From assembly GCA_943846745.1 (NCBI GenBank), contig OX044360.1:1225650-1289649 (forward strand): a DNA stretch of 64,000 nucleotides, given 5' to 3'. Origin of the DNA: an uncultured Glaciecola sp. (GTDB lineage Bacteria; Pseudomonadota; Gammaproteobacteria; Enterobacterales; Alteromonadaceae). The notes beneath the pieces were generated by a model that saw only the letters and a program-made list of their open reading frames with translations, was not told the origin of the DNA and did not search any database. The position numbers and the translations under genes are program-made. Of the stretch, positions 20,849 to 31,590 are shown one piece after another (the first letter of the stretch is position 1; each line of letters begins with the position of its first letter).

Positions 20849-21496
20849 CTAGCCGTGTTTCTTTTTGTACAAAATTTGACCTTTTATATTGGCGGTTTCT
20901 AACTTTTCAATTAATTCAAATCCACTATCATTAAAGAACGACAGGCATTTTTCTATTGTCACAAACACACCAACACCTTCAGAATCTTCGATCGCATCCA
21001 CCACTTCGTTAATTGCAGCAATTAAAATACGACCTATACCTTGATCTTGCATACTGGGATGGACACCGATGAACGATATCATGTGACATTTTTGCGCAGG
21101 TAAATGCGCTCTAACCAATTTTTCTTTCTCAAGAAATTGTTGTGTTCCTAAAAAACCTGCCGTTAACAACATTTTTAGGCGCCAATGCCAATAGCGGCTA
21201 TTACCAAATTCAGGATCAGGATTAATTAAACAGGTTGCAGCAACTAATGAGCCATTTTTATAGACACCTAAGAGAGGCTGCTTTGCCTCCCAATAGGTAT
21301 TGAGCTCTTCGCGAATTGCCCCGCGAAGACGAACCTCATACCCTTCATCATCTTTTTTAAAGATATGACAAAACAGAGGGTCATCAAAATAAGCGTTATA
21401 TAAGATGGAAGCTGCAACTTTGAGATCAGAAGCTGATAAATATTTGACCTCAAAGTCGAGTTGTTCTGGCGTATATTCTACGGTAGATGCTTGCAT
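20849..21496 (-). CDS. GNAT-family N-acetyltransferase
   Basis: Acetyl-CoA binding motif QDQGIGRILIAA with a GNAT-like beta-alpha pattern. Start probably ATG at 21496 (MQASTVEY). Confidence 0.75.
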   Translation of the reverse strand: MQASTVEYTPEQLDFEVKYLSASDLKVAASILYNAYFDDPLFCHIFKKDDEGYEVRLRGAIREELNTYWEAKQPLLGVYKNGSLVAATCLINPDPEFGNSRYWHWRLKMLLTAGFLGTQQFLEKEKLVRAHLPAQKCHMISFIGVHPSMQDQGIGRILIAAINEVVDAIEDSEGVGVFVTIEKCLSFFNDSGFELIEKLETANIKGQILYKKKHG

Positions 21497-21615
21497 GTAT
21501 AGACCTTTTATTATTAACAAACCATTTACAACTAAGTGTAAACTATATAACTCGTTTAGTAAGTAAAAAGATCTATCATCGTTTATGTTAAATCAGTAAA
21601 AGACCCGCTAATTGG

Positions 21616-21996
21616 CTATAAGCTCTGGACGAAACTCATTCCCCAACCAATTAATTCACCATTACTAAACACTAACGGTGTGCATTCGTCTTTGCTGGTA
21701 ATGCCATCACTGTCTTGACGTTGCGTGCGATAATACAAAACTTGGTAGTTATTTGCGTTACCACTAAGTACTTCATTAAAATCAGCGATCCCCATTTTAT
21801 TAGTAATATCTAAATAACTAGCACCAATAACCATGCTTTGTATGTGAGCACGGTTATTTTTTTCACGCGACTCCCAATTACTATGCTGGCTGTCATTATT
21901 ATAGTCATCATCGCCAATCGCGATAACGCAACCGCTTAGTGAGACCATTAATAAAGAGGCTAAAGAAATGACTTGAATTTTTTTGTTGAGGCGCAT
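21616..21996 (-). CDS. small lipoprotein, function unknown (DUF3192-like by recollection)
   Basis: Signal peptide plus lipobox LSGC at residues 20-23. 126 aa. Confidence 0.65.
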   Translation of the reverse strand: MRLNKKIQVISLASLLMVSLSGCVIAIGDDDYNNDSQHSNWESREKNNRAHIQSMVIGASYLDITNKMGIADFNEVLSGNANNYQVLYYRTQRQDSDGITSKDECTPLVFSNGELIGWGMSFVQSL

Positions 21997-22182
21997 ATTG
22001 GTTTCCTTGTATATGTCACTATTATATTTTTCGTTAAACGGTTACTATTATCACTACAATTGCCGTGCCAGCTAAAATAAAATCATAACCAATTGATTAT
22101 ATTGAATATTATACTTTACACCTAAAGCAAAGCATGGCGAAAAATGCTTTTTTTTAGTCAGATTAACCAAATAATAGGTTTT

Positions 22183-22515
22183 ATGAAACATTCCACACAT
22201 CAACATATATTGCAAATCTGCGCCCAACTTGACGCCAGCTCCCTGCCGATTTCAGTCGGGCTAGTTAAAGCGAAGGCAACGTCAAGCCTGCCTTTGCCAG
22301 CTGTGATTAAAAGTATTAATGCTTATAAAGGAGGAGAACGGGCACCAGAAATGATTCAGACCAACGAATCCAATGACGTTAAGAACCAAACAAAAACACC
22401 CGCTGCACCGAAGGATTTAGCGAGTCTAATACAAATGGTGTTATCCCAGCAGGAAAGTATTACTGAATTACAGGAACAAGTAACTCAACTTAAGGCCGCA
22501 TTAAAGGCTAACTGA
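22183..22515 (+). CDS. small hypothetical protein: N-terminal helical domain plus C-terminal coiled coil (tentatively KfrA_N-like)
   Basis: Start probably ATG at 22183 (MKHSTHQH). The C-terminus ITELQEQVTQLKAALKAN is heptad-like. The 3' end overlaps the convergent syd by 8 nt. Confidence 0.5.
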   Translation: MKHSTHQHILQICAQLDASSLPISVGLVKAKATSSLPLPAVIKSINAYKGGERAPEMIQTNESNDVKNQTKTPAAPKDLASLIQMVLSQQESITELQEQVTQLKAALKAN

Positions 22516-23050
22516 TACTGTCATGGCATAACGCGATGAACTGATTCATATCCGATGCTATAATGTCTTGTGGAGGTTTACCTACAGGCTCTAAGACGAC
22601 TTCTCCGGTACTGAGCAACACACTGATCAAATAATCATCATTTGAAGGTAATCCAATAAATAACGTTTCAGCTTGTTTTAAACGACGCTTCATCAATACA
22701 TGCCCGATGAGGTTTTCTTGCCAACGAGCAAAATCATCCGCATTCCAAGCTTGTAATAACGAAATATCACCTTGGGCTAAATTAACCGTTAAATGGTCAG
22801 CATAAAAAGCGGTATAATAGTCGTTGAGCGATGGCGGTAATGTAATGCCTAATGCATCGGTAAACTCAGTCATCGCATTCAATGGTCGCGCGACAGGACT
22901 CCACGTTACGACATCCCCTTCAGTCAACGTACTCACATCGTCAATGAGACATGCTGAAGGCCATTCGGGATCGTACTGTGTGCTTAACTTGACAGACTGA
23001 GCATACCGCTCTACAAATTTTTGCCACTGAGATTGCATATAGTTCAACAC
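22508..23050 (-). CDS. syd: SecY-interacting protein Syd
   Basis: LLQAWNADDFARWQENLIGHVLMKRRLKQAETLFIG aligns with E. coli Syd ([36 protein letters not shown]). syd-queF-ppnN synteny as in E. coli. Confidence 0.9.
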   Translation of the reverse strand: MLNYMQSQWQKFVERYAQSVKLSTQYDPEWPSACLIDDVSTLTEGDVVTWSPVARPLNAMTEFTDALGITLPPSLNDYYTAFYADHLTVNLAQGDISLLQAWNADDFARWQENLIGHVLMKRRLKQAETLFIGLPSNDDYLISVLLSTGEVVLEPVGKPPQDIIASDMNQFIALCHDSIS

Positions 23051-23103
23051 CTTGTAGTCATTTTTAGGTAGAATAAGAGTATGTTTACTTACCCCGTTTT
23101 GTC

Positions 23104-23946
23104 ATGAGCCAAGATTACCATAATAAAGTTGAATTAGCCGAATTAGCCTTAGGCAAAACGGTGAGTTATTCACATCAATATGACCCGAAGCAGCTCCAAC
23201 CCGTTCCACGGACGTTAAACCGCGATATGATTGGTTTGAGCAATACATTACCGTTTACTGGGAATGACATTTGGAATGGTTATGAATTATCCTGGCTAAA
23301 CAAAAATGGAATGCCTCAAGTCGCTATTTTACGCTGCTATGTGCCATTTGATTCGCTGAATATTGTCGAATCAAAGTCTTTCAAACTTTATCTCAACAGC
23401 TTTAATAATACGCGCTTTGATTCGCTCGAAGCCGTGCAGAAGACGTTATCTCAAGACTTAAGTGACTGTGCCAAAGGCGTTGTCGAAGTAGAGATCATCC
23501 CTCGTCAACAATTTGCGAGCCAAGAACTACATATATCTAAGGCGCAATCTTTGGATGAGCAAGATCTCGTTTTTGCCGATTTTCAGGTTGATCCTACCAT
23601 CTTAACGTCCGATCCAAGCCAACCGACGAGTGAATTCCTCTATTCAGATTTACTCAAATCGAACTGTTTAATCACCAACCAACCCGATTGGGCAAGTATT
23701 TATATTAAATATCAAGGACCCAAAATCAATCATGAATCGTTATTACGTTATCTGATTTCTTTTCGTAACCACAATGAATTTCACGAACAATGTGTCGAAC
23801 GCATCTTTTGTGATTTATTGACACATTGTCACTGTGACAAACTTACTGTGCTTGCTCGATATACACGCAGAGGAGGATTAGACATTAATCCGTTTAGAAG
23901 TAACTTTGAGGCCCCCTATCCAGATTTACGTCTAATTCGCCAATAA
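23104..23946 (+). CDS. queF: NADPH-dependent 7-cyano-7-deazaguanine (preQ0) reductase, two-domain type
   Basis: 280 aa. QueF motif ESKSFKLYLNSF, catalytic Cys context SNCLITNQPDWAS, and HEFHEQC. Confidence 0.93.
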   Translation: MSQDYHNKVELAELALGKTVSYSHQYDPKQLQPVPRTLNRDMIGLSNTLPFTGNDIWNGYELSWLNKNGMPQVAILRCYVPFDSLNIVESKSFKLYLNSFNNTRFDSLEAVQKTLSQDLSDCAKGVVEVEIIPRQQFASQELHISKAQSLDEQDLVFADFQVDPTILTSDPSQPTSEFLYSDLLKSNCLITNQPDWASIYIKYQGPKINHESLLRYLISFRNHNEFHEQCVERIFCDLLTHCHCDKLTVLARYTRRGGLDINPFRSNFEAPYPDLRLIRQ

Positions 23947-24094
23947 ACAAATACATTTTCATCGCTGATATTAAGCTCATAATTAATCACATACCGCCGA
24001 TGAAACAACAAGATGAATAGTAAAAAGCTGATGACGCGTATACTATTATCAAACACATGGTCGTAATCAAGTACATATAGGAAGTAGGTACATC

Positions 24095-25465
24095 ATGACA
24101 CATACTCGCACGATTCAATTAAACCCCGTAGGCTGGATGAGTCAACTTTCCCAAGCAGAAATAGAATTACTCGCCCAACATAATGACTCTGAACGTTATC
24201 AATTATTTCGCATTTGTTGTCTAGCCGTCCTCAACAGTGGCATCGACCAAGACGATATGTATGCGTTATTAAATGCTAATCAGCAATTTGATGTTCATTT
24301 AGTTCGACGTGAACGCGGTGTCAAAATTGAACTGATTAATCCACCTAGCCATGCATTTGTTGAAGGCAAACTCATCAAAGGCGTGCATGAACATTTGTTT
24401 TCCGTACTGCGTGATTTGTTATATATGGAAAATAAATATTTATTAAGCTCAGCAGAATGCTTTGCCGAAGGTGGCGTTTGCACCGATATGGTATTTGATA
24501 TGTTACGCCACGCTAATTGCTTAACGACAAATGAACAACTCAATACCGTTGTATGTTGGGGGGGGCATTCGATCCGTGAGCATGAATACAAATATACGAA
24601 AGAAGTTGGCTACCAACTGGGATTGCGCGAATTTAATATCTGTACTGGTTGCGGCCCAGGGGCTATGAAAGGTCCTATGAAAGGGGCTGCAATTGGCCAT
24701 GCCAAGCAACGAGTAAAAAGTGGTCGGTTCATCGGTATTACTGAGCCGAGTATTATTGCAGCAGAGCCTCCAAATGCCATCGTCAACGAATTAATTATCA
24801 TGCCAGACATCGAAAAACGCCTTGAAGCATTTGTTCGATTTGGCCATGCTATTGTTATTTTCCCTGGTGGTGTAGGCACCGCCGAAGAACTATTGTATTT
24901 ACTCGGGATTATGCTACATGACAGTAACGTACAACAGCATATTCCGATTGTCTTAACAGGCCCGGCACAAAGTGCAGAGTACTTTACTGTGATTGATGAT
25001 TTTATTGGTCAAACTCTAGGGGCTAAGGCGCAGGCCTTATATACCATTATAGTGGATGATGCTTCTGCGGTGGGAAGTTATCTGTATAAGCAAAAAGCCA
25101 AAGTCAGCGCGTATCGTAAGGCAATTGGGGACTCTTACGGGTTTAATTGGGCATTAAAAATCGATGCTGATTTTCAGCAGCCATTTATTCCTAATCATGA
25201 AAGTATGGCGCAGTTATCATTATCCTTTGAGCAACCATCACATCAACTTGCGGCTAACTTACGACGCGCATTTTCAGGTATTGTCGCGGGTAATATAAAA
25301 GCCCAAAGCGCCGCTGATATTCAAGCAAAAGGCCCTTATATTTTGCACGGGGATGAACGTCTAGCGCCACTCTTAGATACATTACTTAAGTCATTTGTGG
25401 AGCAAGGGCGAATGAAACTTCCAGGGTCGGTATACACCCCCTGTTTTCAGGTCACTGCGCCATAA
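24095..25465 (+). CDS. ppnN: pyrimidine/purine nucleotide 5'-monophosphate nucleosidase (LOG family, YgdH)
   Basis: 456 aa. LOG signature FPGGVGTAEEL and GCGPGAMKGPMKGA. Same length and context as E. coli PpnN. Confidence 0.88.
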   Translation: MTHTRTIQLNPVGWMSQLSQAEIELLAQHNDSERYQLFRICCLAVLNSGIDQDDMYALLNANQQFDVHLVRRERGVKIELINPPSHAFVEGKLIKGVHEHLFSVLRDLLYMENKYLLSSAECFAEGGVCTDMVFDMLRHANCLTTNEQLNTVVCWGGHSIREHEYKYTKEVGYQLGLREFNICTGCGPGAMKGPMKGAAIGHAKQRVKSGRFIGITEPSIIAAEPPNAIVNELIIMPDIEKRLEAFVRFGHAIVIFPGGVGTAEELLYLLGIMLHDSNVQQHIPIVLTGPAQSAEYFTVIDDFIGQTLGAKAQALYTIIVDDASAVGSYLYKQKAKVSAYRKAIGDSYGFNWALKIDADFQQPFIPNHESMAQLSLSFEQPSHQLAANLRRAFSGIVAGNIKAQSAADIQAKGPYILHGDERLAPLLDTLLKSFVEQGRMKLPGSVYTPCFQVTAP

Positions 25466-25610
25466 TGAGTATAGCTAAAGTGAATAGCCCATATGCCATA
25501 AATCCCTAGAGAAACCCTATTAGATGCGTTACCATAACAATGTCTTAACATTTATATAGGTACTGCCTATCATGGCTGTGCCTAACCTTTCCAATTTAAG
25601 GAATTTCTGC

Positions 25611-26618
25611 ATGACTCAACAACATATTACTGTTATTCGTGGTGATGGTATTGGTCCAGATATTATCGATTCAGCTATTCAAATTTTAGATAAAGTTGGC
25701 TGTGATTTCGCGTATGATTATGCCGATGCAGGCCTAATGGCATTAGAAAATCACGGTGAATTATTACCTGAAGAAACGCTAGAATTGATCAAGAAAAATC
25801 GCGTTGCATTAAAAGGTCCATTGACCACACCAGTCGGCGAAGGCTTCACATCAATTAACGTTAGCTTGCGTAAACAATTTAAATTGTATGCCAATGTTCG
25901 TCCAGTGTTGTCTTTTAAAGGCACTAAAGCGCGTTACGAAGATATTGATATCATTACCGTACGTGAAAACACGCAAGGGATGTATTCAGGTCTCGGACAA
26001 ATCGTTTCTGCAGACGGCGAAGAAGCCGAAGCAAAAAGCATGATTACACGTGAAGGCGCAGAAAAAATCGTGGTATTCGCTTATGAGCTAGCCCGCCGTG
26101 AAGGTCGTAAAAAAGTCACCGCGGTACACAAAGCAAATATACTAAAATCTACATCAGGCTTGTTTTTGAAAGTCGCACGTGAAGTCGCTGAGCGTTACCC
26201 TGATATTGAATCCACAGAAATGATTGTTGATAATGCGTGCATGCAGTTAGTCATGAATCCGCATCAGTTTGATGTGATTGTCACCACTAATTTATTTGGT
26301 GATATATTATCTGATTTATGTGCTGGTTTAGTCGGTGGTCTAGGTATGGCGCCAGGTGCCAACATTGGTGTCGATTGTGCTATTTTTGAAGCCGTTCATG
26401 GTTCAGCTCCAGACATTGCAGGCATGAACTTAGCAAATCCCACATCAGTCATCTTAGCCTCGATTCAAATGCTTGAATATTTAGAAATGAGTGATAAAGC
26501 AGAAAAAATTCGTGCAGCACTTAAAGACGTGATTGAAACCGGCGATCGTACAACCAAAGATTTGGGTGGAACCCACGGTACTACTGAGTTTACTCAAGCT
26601 GTGCTTGAACGTTTATAA
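25611..26618 (+). CDS. icd: isocitrate dehydrogenase, short (about 335 aa) NAD-dependent type of the isocitrate/isopropylmalate dehydrogenase family
   Basis: ITVIRGDGIGPDI, SINVSLRKQFKLYANVRP, VRENTQGMYSG, NLFGDILSDL and GSAPDIAG. Start ATG at 25611 (MTQQHI). Distinct from leuB at 59556. Confidence 0.8.
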   Translation: MTQQHITVIRGDGIGPDIIDSAIQILDKVGCDFAYDYADAGLMALENHGELLPEETLELIKKNRVALKGPLTTPVGEGFTSINVSLRKQFKLYANVRPVLSFKGTKARYEDIDIITVRENTQGMYSGLGQIVSADGEEAEAKSMITREGAEKIVVFAYELARREGRKKVTAVHKANILKSTSGLFLKVAREVAERYPDIESTEMIVDNACMQLVMNPHQFDVIVTTNLFGDILSDLCAGLVGGLGMAPGANIGVDCAIFEAVHGSAPDIAGMNLANPTSVILASIQMLEYLEMSDKAEKIRAALKDVIETGDRTTKDLGGTHGTTEFTQAVLERL

Positions 26619-26663
26619 CGATGACACTTAACTGTTAACAACGCGTTATTACACTAATATCCA

Positions 26664-26713
26664 AACCAGTTATTGAACAGTCGCATGCTACTGCTTCATT
26701 AACTGGTTTTTTT
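26664..26713 (+). terminator. rho-independent terminator after icd
   Basis: AACCAGTTATTGAACAG ... CTGCTTCATTAACTGGTT followed by TTTTTTT. Confidence 0.75.
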
Positions 26714-26885
26714 ATGCCTGACGCTCACCTTTTTGCTATTTGGTTGTTGTAACCCTGCACTAAAGATCGTTTTTTACGTGATTTTAGGCAAACCTATACC
26801 ACGCTACTCTTGTGCTTTTTTATACTGTGAAGTGCATGGCAATCTAGCCATCTAACTTTCATCTAAATATATAGGAGCACCATAA

Positions 26886-27296
26886 ATGCAACAATCTAAT
26901 CATAAAATACACCTATTAGTCTGTGGGATCACGTTACTCATCGCTAGTGCATCATTTGCACATGCAGATGAGACGATGACTAATGGCGCAGTTGCTACCA
27001 CCAACATTACCACACTAGATCAAACGGCCAATAGCGACTCAGTCTGGGATCTTAATACTGCCAATGCCTCAGAGTTATCATCTATCAAAGGTATTGGTTT
27101 CAAAAAGGCACAAGCGATTGTGACTTACCGTGAAACTTACGGCGAGTTCACCAATGTAGAACAAGTAACGCTAGTAAAGGGGATTGGTAAAAAAATGCTC
27201 GCACGTATTCAATCGAGAATAACCGTCGCAAGTGGTCATCAGCGCAGCGCGAAAACATCAACCAAGCAAAACCTCAACCCAGCCCAAGACGAGTAA
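26886..27296 (+). CDS. comEA: ComEA-family helix-hairpin-helix DNA-binding (competence) protein
   Basis: Signal peptide, then LNTANASELSSIKGIGFKKAQAIVTYRETYGEFTNVEQVTLVKGIGKKML, the tandem HhH ComEA signature. Confidence 0.88.
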   Translation: MQQSNHKIHLLVCGITLLIASASFAHADETMTNGAVATTNITTLDQTANSDSVWDLNTANASELSSIKGIGFKKAQAIVTYRETYGEFTNVEQVTLVKGIGKKMLARIQSRITVASGHQRSAKTSTKQNLNPAQDE

Positions 27297-27326
27297 CTTA
27301 AGCCAACAATATACTTGGCGCAGCAA

Positions 27327-27362
27327 CAAAAAAGGCTTAGTGTTGCAACTAAGCCTTTTATT
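27327..27362. terminator. bidirectional terminator between comEA and galU
   Basis: AAAGGCTTAGT-gttgca-ACTAAGCCTTT, flanked by an A-run and a T-run. Confidence 0.75.
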
Positions 27363-27394
27363 CATACTCACGCTGGGCCTGCTAAATCAGTGGC

Positions 27395-28288
27395 TTAGCC
27401 ATTCATCGAAGCAAGAAATTGCTTAAACTCTTCCCCTAATTCAGGGTGACGTAAAGCAAATTCAACATTCGCTTTCATATAACCGAGTTTAGAACCACAA
27501 TCATGACTTTTGCCTTTCATGTAATAAGCATCAACCTGTTCAACATGCATCAAAGATGAAATAGCATCAGTCAATTGGATCTCACCACCAGCACCTGGAG
27601 GAGTAAACTCAAGTAACTCCCAGATACGTTCAGATAACACGTAACGTCCAACTACGGCTAAGTTTGATGGTGCATCGTCTATATCGGGTTTTTCGACCAT
27701 TGCATGGATCTTTGCTGATTCGCCTTGACCAATTTTGACACCATCTAAATCCACCACACCAAATTTACTCACATCTTCATCTGGGACTTGTTCGACCAAG
27801 ACCTGTGATACACGAGAGGTATTAAATTTAGAGACCATTTCGGCTAGATTGTCTTTTTTTAAGTTACTCGCAGCGTCATCCATAATGACATCCGGTAATA
27901 CAACGGCAAATGGTGCATCGCCGACAACAGGGTGTGCACACATAATTGCATGACCTAAGCCATTAGCAACGCCTTGGCGAACCTGCATTATCGTGACCCC
28001 TTTGGGGACAATCGCTTGGACTTCTTCGAGTAATTGTCGCTTAACCCGTTTTTCTAAGGTTGATTCTAATTCATACGACGTGTCAAAATGGTTTTCAATA
28101 CTGTTTTTGGACGCATGCGTCACTAATACGATTTCTTTAATGCCCGCTGCGACACATTCATTAACCACGTATTGAATCAGTGGCTTGTCTACCACTGGCA
28201 ACATCTCTTTTGGTATCGCTTTGGTTGCTGGCAACATTCTAGTGCCTAGACCCGCAACAGGGATCACTGCTTTTGTAACTTGGCTCAT
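27395..28288 (-). CDS. galU: UTP--glucose-1-phosphate uridylyltransferase
   Basis: [35 protein letters not shown] and VEKP motifs. Confidence 0.95.
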   Translation of the reverse strand: MSQVTKAVIPVAGLGTRMLPATKAIPKEMLPVVDKPLIQYVVNECVAAGIKEIVLVTHASKNSIENHFDTSYELESTLEKRVKRQLLEEVQAIVPKGVTIMQVRQGVANGLGHAIMCAHPVVGDAPFAVVLPDVIMDDAASNLKKDNLAEMVSKFNTSRVSQVLVEQVPDEDVSKFGVVDLDGVKIGQGESAKIHAMVEKPDIDDAPSNLAVVGRYVLSERIWELLEFTPPGAGGEIQLTDAISSLMHVEQVDAYYMKGKSHDCGSKLGYMKANVEFALRHPELGEEFKQFLASMNG

Positions 28289-29634
28289 TAATGCCTACCC
28301 TTAATTGATAATCCACGACCTATGCCATAATACGCCAAGCCATGCTCAGCGACGATGGTAGGTTCAAATAAGTTTCGTCCGTCAAATACTACTTTATCTT
28401 TTAAGATTGTTTCTAAAGCCGTAAAGTCTGGTGCTCTAAATGCTTGCCATTCTGTACAGATGGCTAACATGTCCGCGCCATTCAATGCTGCATCTTTCGT
28501 GCCCATTAGGCGTAGATCTTCACGATGCCCATAGATACGCTGAGTTTCTTCCATTGCTTCGGGATCAAATGCTTGCACCGTCGCGCCCTGCTCCCACAAT
28601 AATTCGAGTAATACACGAGCCGAAGCTTCGCGCATATCATCAGTGTTGGGTTTAAAAGACAAGCCCCATAATGCCACAACCTTACCGGATAAGTCACCGT
28701 TAAAATGGCGCATCATGTAATCAAATAATTTATGTTTTTGGGTATTATTCACCGCTTCAACGGCTTGCAATACTTTAGCGTCATAGCCAATGTTCGTTGC
28801 ACTGCGAATAAGCGCTTGCACATCTTTGGGGAAACAAGATCCACCATAACCGCAGCCAGGGTAAATAAATTGATAGCCAATTCGAGGATCAGAACCAATA
28901 CCTTTTCGCACGTTTTCAATATCTGCGCCAAATTCCTCCGCTAAATTCGCCATTTCATTCATAAAACTGATTTTAGTTGCCAACATACAATTCGCTGCGT
29001 ACTTAGTCAGCTCAGCACTACGAATATCCATTATAATCACACGCTCATTATTGCGGTTAAATGGATAATACAATTCACGTAAACGTTTTTCTGCGAATTC
29101 AGAATCTGTGCCTAAAATAATTCGATCCGGACGCATACAGTCATGTACCGCAGCGCCTTCTTTTAAAAATTCAGGATTAGACACAACGTCAAAAGTAATC
29201 TGCTTATTCAAATCACGTAAACACGTATTGACTTGTTCGATAACTTTATCTGCTGTACCGACAGGTACAGTGGATTTGTTGACAATAATAGTATGTGATT
29301 GCATATAGGTAGCGATGGTTTCTGCAACTTTCAATACGTATTTTAAATCTGCTGAACCATCTTCATCTGGGGGGGTACCGACTGCGATAAACACGACATC
29401 GGCATGCTCAACACCGTGTTTAGCGTCGGTAGTAAAGTGCAGGCGCTTGGCTTCATAATTTGCTGTCACTAATGGCGTCAAGCCAGGTTCAAAAATCGGG
29501 ATCTGGCCGTTTTTGAGATTTTCTACTTTTTGTTCATCAATATCGATGCATACCACATCATGACCGACATCCGCTAACACCGCAGCTTGTACCAACCCAA
29601 CGTAACCAATTCCAAATACAGTAACTTTCATCAA
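28288..29634 (-). CDS. ugd: UDP-glucose 6-dehydrogenase
   Basis: N-terminal Rossmann [18 protein letters not shown], catalytic [10 protein letters not shown], 448 aa. 1-nt overlap with the galU start. Confidence 0.95.
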   Translation of the reverse strand: MMKVTVFGIGYVGLVQAAVLADVGHDVVCIDIDEQKVENLKNGQIPIFEPGLTPLVTANYEAKRLHFTTDAKHGVEHADVVFIAVGTPPDEDGSADLKYVLKVAETIATYMQSHTIIVNKSTVPVGTADKVIEQVNTCLRDLNKQITFDVVSNPEFLKEGAAVHDCMRPDRIILGTDSEFAEKRLRELYYPFNRNNERVIIMDIRSAELTKYAANCMLATKISFMNEMANLAEEFGADIENVRKGIGSDPRIGYQFIYPGCGYGGSCFPKDVQALIRSATNIGYDAKVLQAVEAVNNTQKHKLFDYMMRHFNGDLSGKVVALWGLSFKPNTDDMREASARVLLELLWEQGATVQAFDPEAMEETQRIYGHREDLRLMGTKDAALNGADMLAICTEWQAFRAPDFTALETILKDKVVFDGRNLFEPTIVAEHGLAYYGIGRGLSIKGRH

Positions 29635-29916
29635 ATATCCTTATAATTCCGACTTAATTAGATTATCGGCAAATGTTTTCCTAATTAAATATTAGTAGTG
29701 AAATTGATATTCGTCACACTTATTACTGAATTATAGTAAAAAATAAATAATCAGCCCTGACTACCCTCCATTTGTACTATGCCATGGCTTAGGTTAAGAT
29801 TACGCCCGTGCTAAATACACGGTAAAACTAAATAATAATAACATTATACTTCATGGCGTTACTTCCACCCCTGCTGGGCTTGTTGAGCAACGAACATGAT
29901 TTTTATAGGTATACAA

Positions 29917-31431
29917 ATGACAACAAATACTAACGACACTGGCTTTTTTGGCCATCCTCGCGGTTTACAAACACTCTTTATGACAGAGATGTGGGAACGC
30001 ATGAGCTATTATGGGATGCGTGCATTACTCGTTTTATACATGACACTCTCTTTACAAGAAGGCGGGTTAGGCATCACCGTTGCTTCTGCGGGTGCTATTT
30101 ACGGCCTTTATACTGGGGCAGTTTACTTTATGGGCTTACCGGGTGGCTGGATGGCTGACCGTTTAATCGGCGGACAAAAAGCCGTTTATTATGGTGGTGT
30201 TATCATCATGATTGGCCATATTATTTTAGCAATCCCAGCACAATCTACCTTTTATATTGGCTTAATCTTTGTTGTATTAGGTACTGGATTATTAAAACCA
30301 AATATTGGTGCAATCGTTGGTCAATTATATGCACCAAGCGATCAACGTCGAGATAGTGGGTATACCTTGTATTACATGGGTATTAATATCGGTGCCGTTA
30401 TTGGTTACACCGTGTGTGGTTATTTACAAGTCAATATGGGTTATCACTGGGCATTTGGTGCTGCAGCGGTAGGCATGGCAATTGGCTTAGTCCAGTATCG
30501 CATCACATTAGGAAATTTAGGTGCAGTTGCAGCAGTCCCAACTCAACCTCTTAGTGTTTCAGCGCAAAAGCTTTCTTGGAATATTATCGGGGCATTTTTG
30601 ATTGTCGTTGCAGGTATTACTTACGCCATTTACAACGGGTTTATTACATTCGATCCGGTACCCGTCGCTAAAGCCGTTGCGGTGATTTTTTGCTTAATTT
30701 TTGTTGCTTATTTTGCAGCAATTTACTTCAAAGGCAATCTTAACGCGAACGAGAAAAAAGGCATGTGGGCATTGCTGCTTATTTGTATTGCTTCTGCGTG
30801 TTTTTGGGCGGGCTTTGAGCAAGCAGGTTCATCACTAAACTTATTTGGTCGTGATTATACTGACCGTATGTTGGGTGCATTTGAAATCCCCACTGCATGG
30901 TTCCAATCAGCCAACTCTTTCTTTATCGTCATTTTATCGCCGTTTTTTGCTGCCTTATGGATTAACCTAGCCAAAAGAATGATCACACCAAGCTATTCAG
31001 TTAAATGTGCGTTTGGTTTAATTGTCATGGCAACGGGCTTTATTGTGATGTTTTTTGCTTCACAATACGCCGCAGCGGGTCTAAAGGTCGCACCATATTG
31101 GTTGATAGCAACGTACTTCTTACACACCGTTGGTGAGTTATGTTTAAGCCCTGTCGCATTAAGTGCTGTGTCTAAACTTTCGCCAAAACGCTTTGCAGGT
31201 CAAATGATGGGTGTATTCGTTCTCACTTACTCTATTGGTAATGTCATTGCAGGTTTATTAGCAGGTAACTTCGATCCAGAAAACCTAGAGCAAATGCCTA
31301 ACTTGTATTTGCAAATTAGCTTGTTCGGTATTTCTATCGGTATTATTCTCGTCTTACTCAGTTTTAAAACTAAGTATTGGGAAATGTCTGCTGAATCAGC
31401 AGCGCAGGAAGCAGAGCACAAGCCTGCATAA
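29917..31431 (+). CDS. POT/PTR2-family proton-dependent di/tripeptide transporter
   Basis: PTR2 signature FMTEMWERMSYYGMRALLVLYM and GGWMADRLIGGQKAV, with about 14 TM helices. Start likely ATG at 29917 (MTTNTNDTGFFGHP). Confidence 0.9.
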   Translation: MTTNTNDTGFFGHPRGLQTLFMTEMWERMSYYGMRALLVLYMTLSLQEGGLGITVASAGAIYGLYTGAVYFMGLPGGWMADRLIGGQKAVYYGGVIIMIGHIILAIPAQSTFYIGLIFVVLGTGLLKPNIGAIVGQLYAPSDQRRDSGYTLYYMGINIGAVIGYTVCGYLQVNMGYHWAFGAAAVGMAIGLVQYRITLGNLGAVAAVPTQPLSVSAQKLSWNIIGAFLIVVAGITYAIYNGFITFDPVPVAKAVAVIFCLIFVAYFAAIYFKGNLNANEKKGMWALLLICIASACFWAGFEQAGSSLNLFGRDYTDRMLGAFEIPTAWFQSANSFFIVILSPFFAALWINLAKRMITPSYSVKCAFGLIVMATGFIVMFFASQYAAAGLKVAPYWLIATYFLHTVGELCLSPVALSAVSKLSPKRFAGQMMGVFVLTYSIGNVIAGLLAGNFDPENLEQMPNLYLQISLFGISIGIILVLLSFKTKYWEMSAESAAQEAEHKPA

Positions 31432-31453
31432 ACGTGTTATAGATATAGCCATT

Positions 31454-31499
31454 AAGGCTTGTTGGTCGCGTATGGTTTACGCACTAACAAGCCTTTTTT
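31454..31499 (+). terminator. rho-independent terminator after the POT transporter gene
   Basis: AAGGCTTGTT ... AACAAGCCTT followed by TTTTTT. Confidence 0.75.
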
Positions 31500-31590
31500 A
31501 TGTTTATCGTTCTGTGTCTGGATAGAGCCGCTAGGAAACTTCTCTGTTTTTAGTTATTATACAAATACACTCAATTGCACTTTGGCATCC

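Noticed and set aside
26714-26885. Looked for a CRP-S/Sxy-type competence site (TGCGA-N6-TCGCA) upstream of comEA.
   Set aside because: The closest sequence (ACGTGATTTTAGGCAAA, near 26782-26798) matches the consensus poorly. There is not enough evidence to call a site.
31459-31590. Upstream part of the 143-aa ORF after the POT transporter.
   Set aside because: The first about 40 nt of this ORF are the stem and T-run of the transporter gene's terminator (31454-31499). The downstream ATG at 31591 is the more plausible start, and even that gene is only moderately supported.
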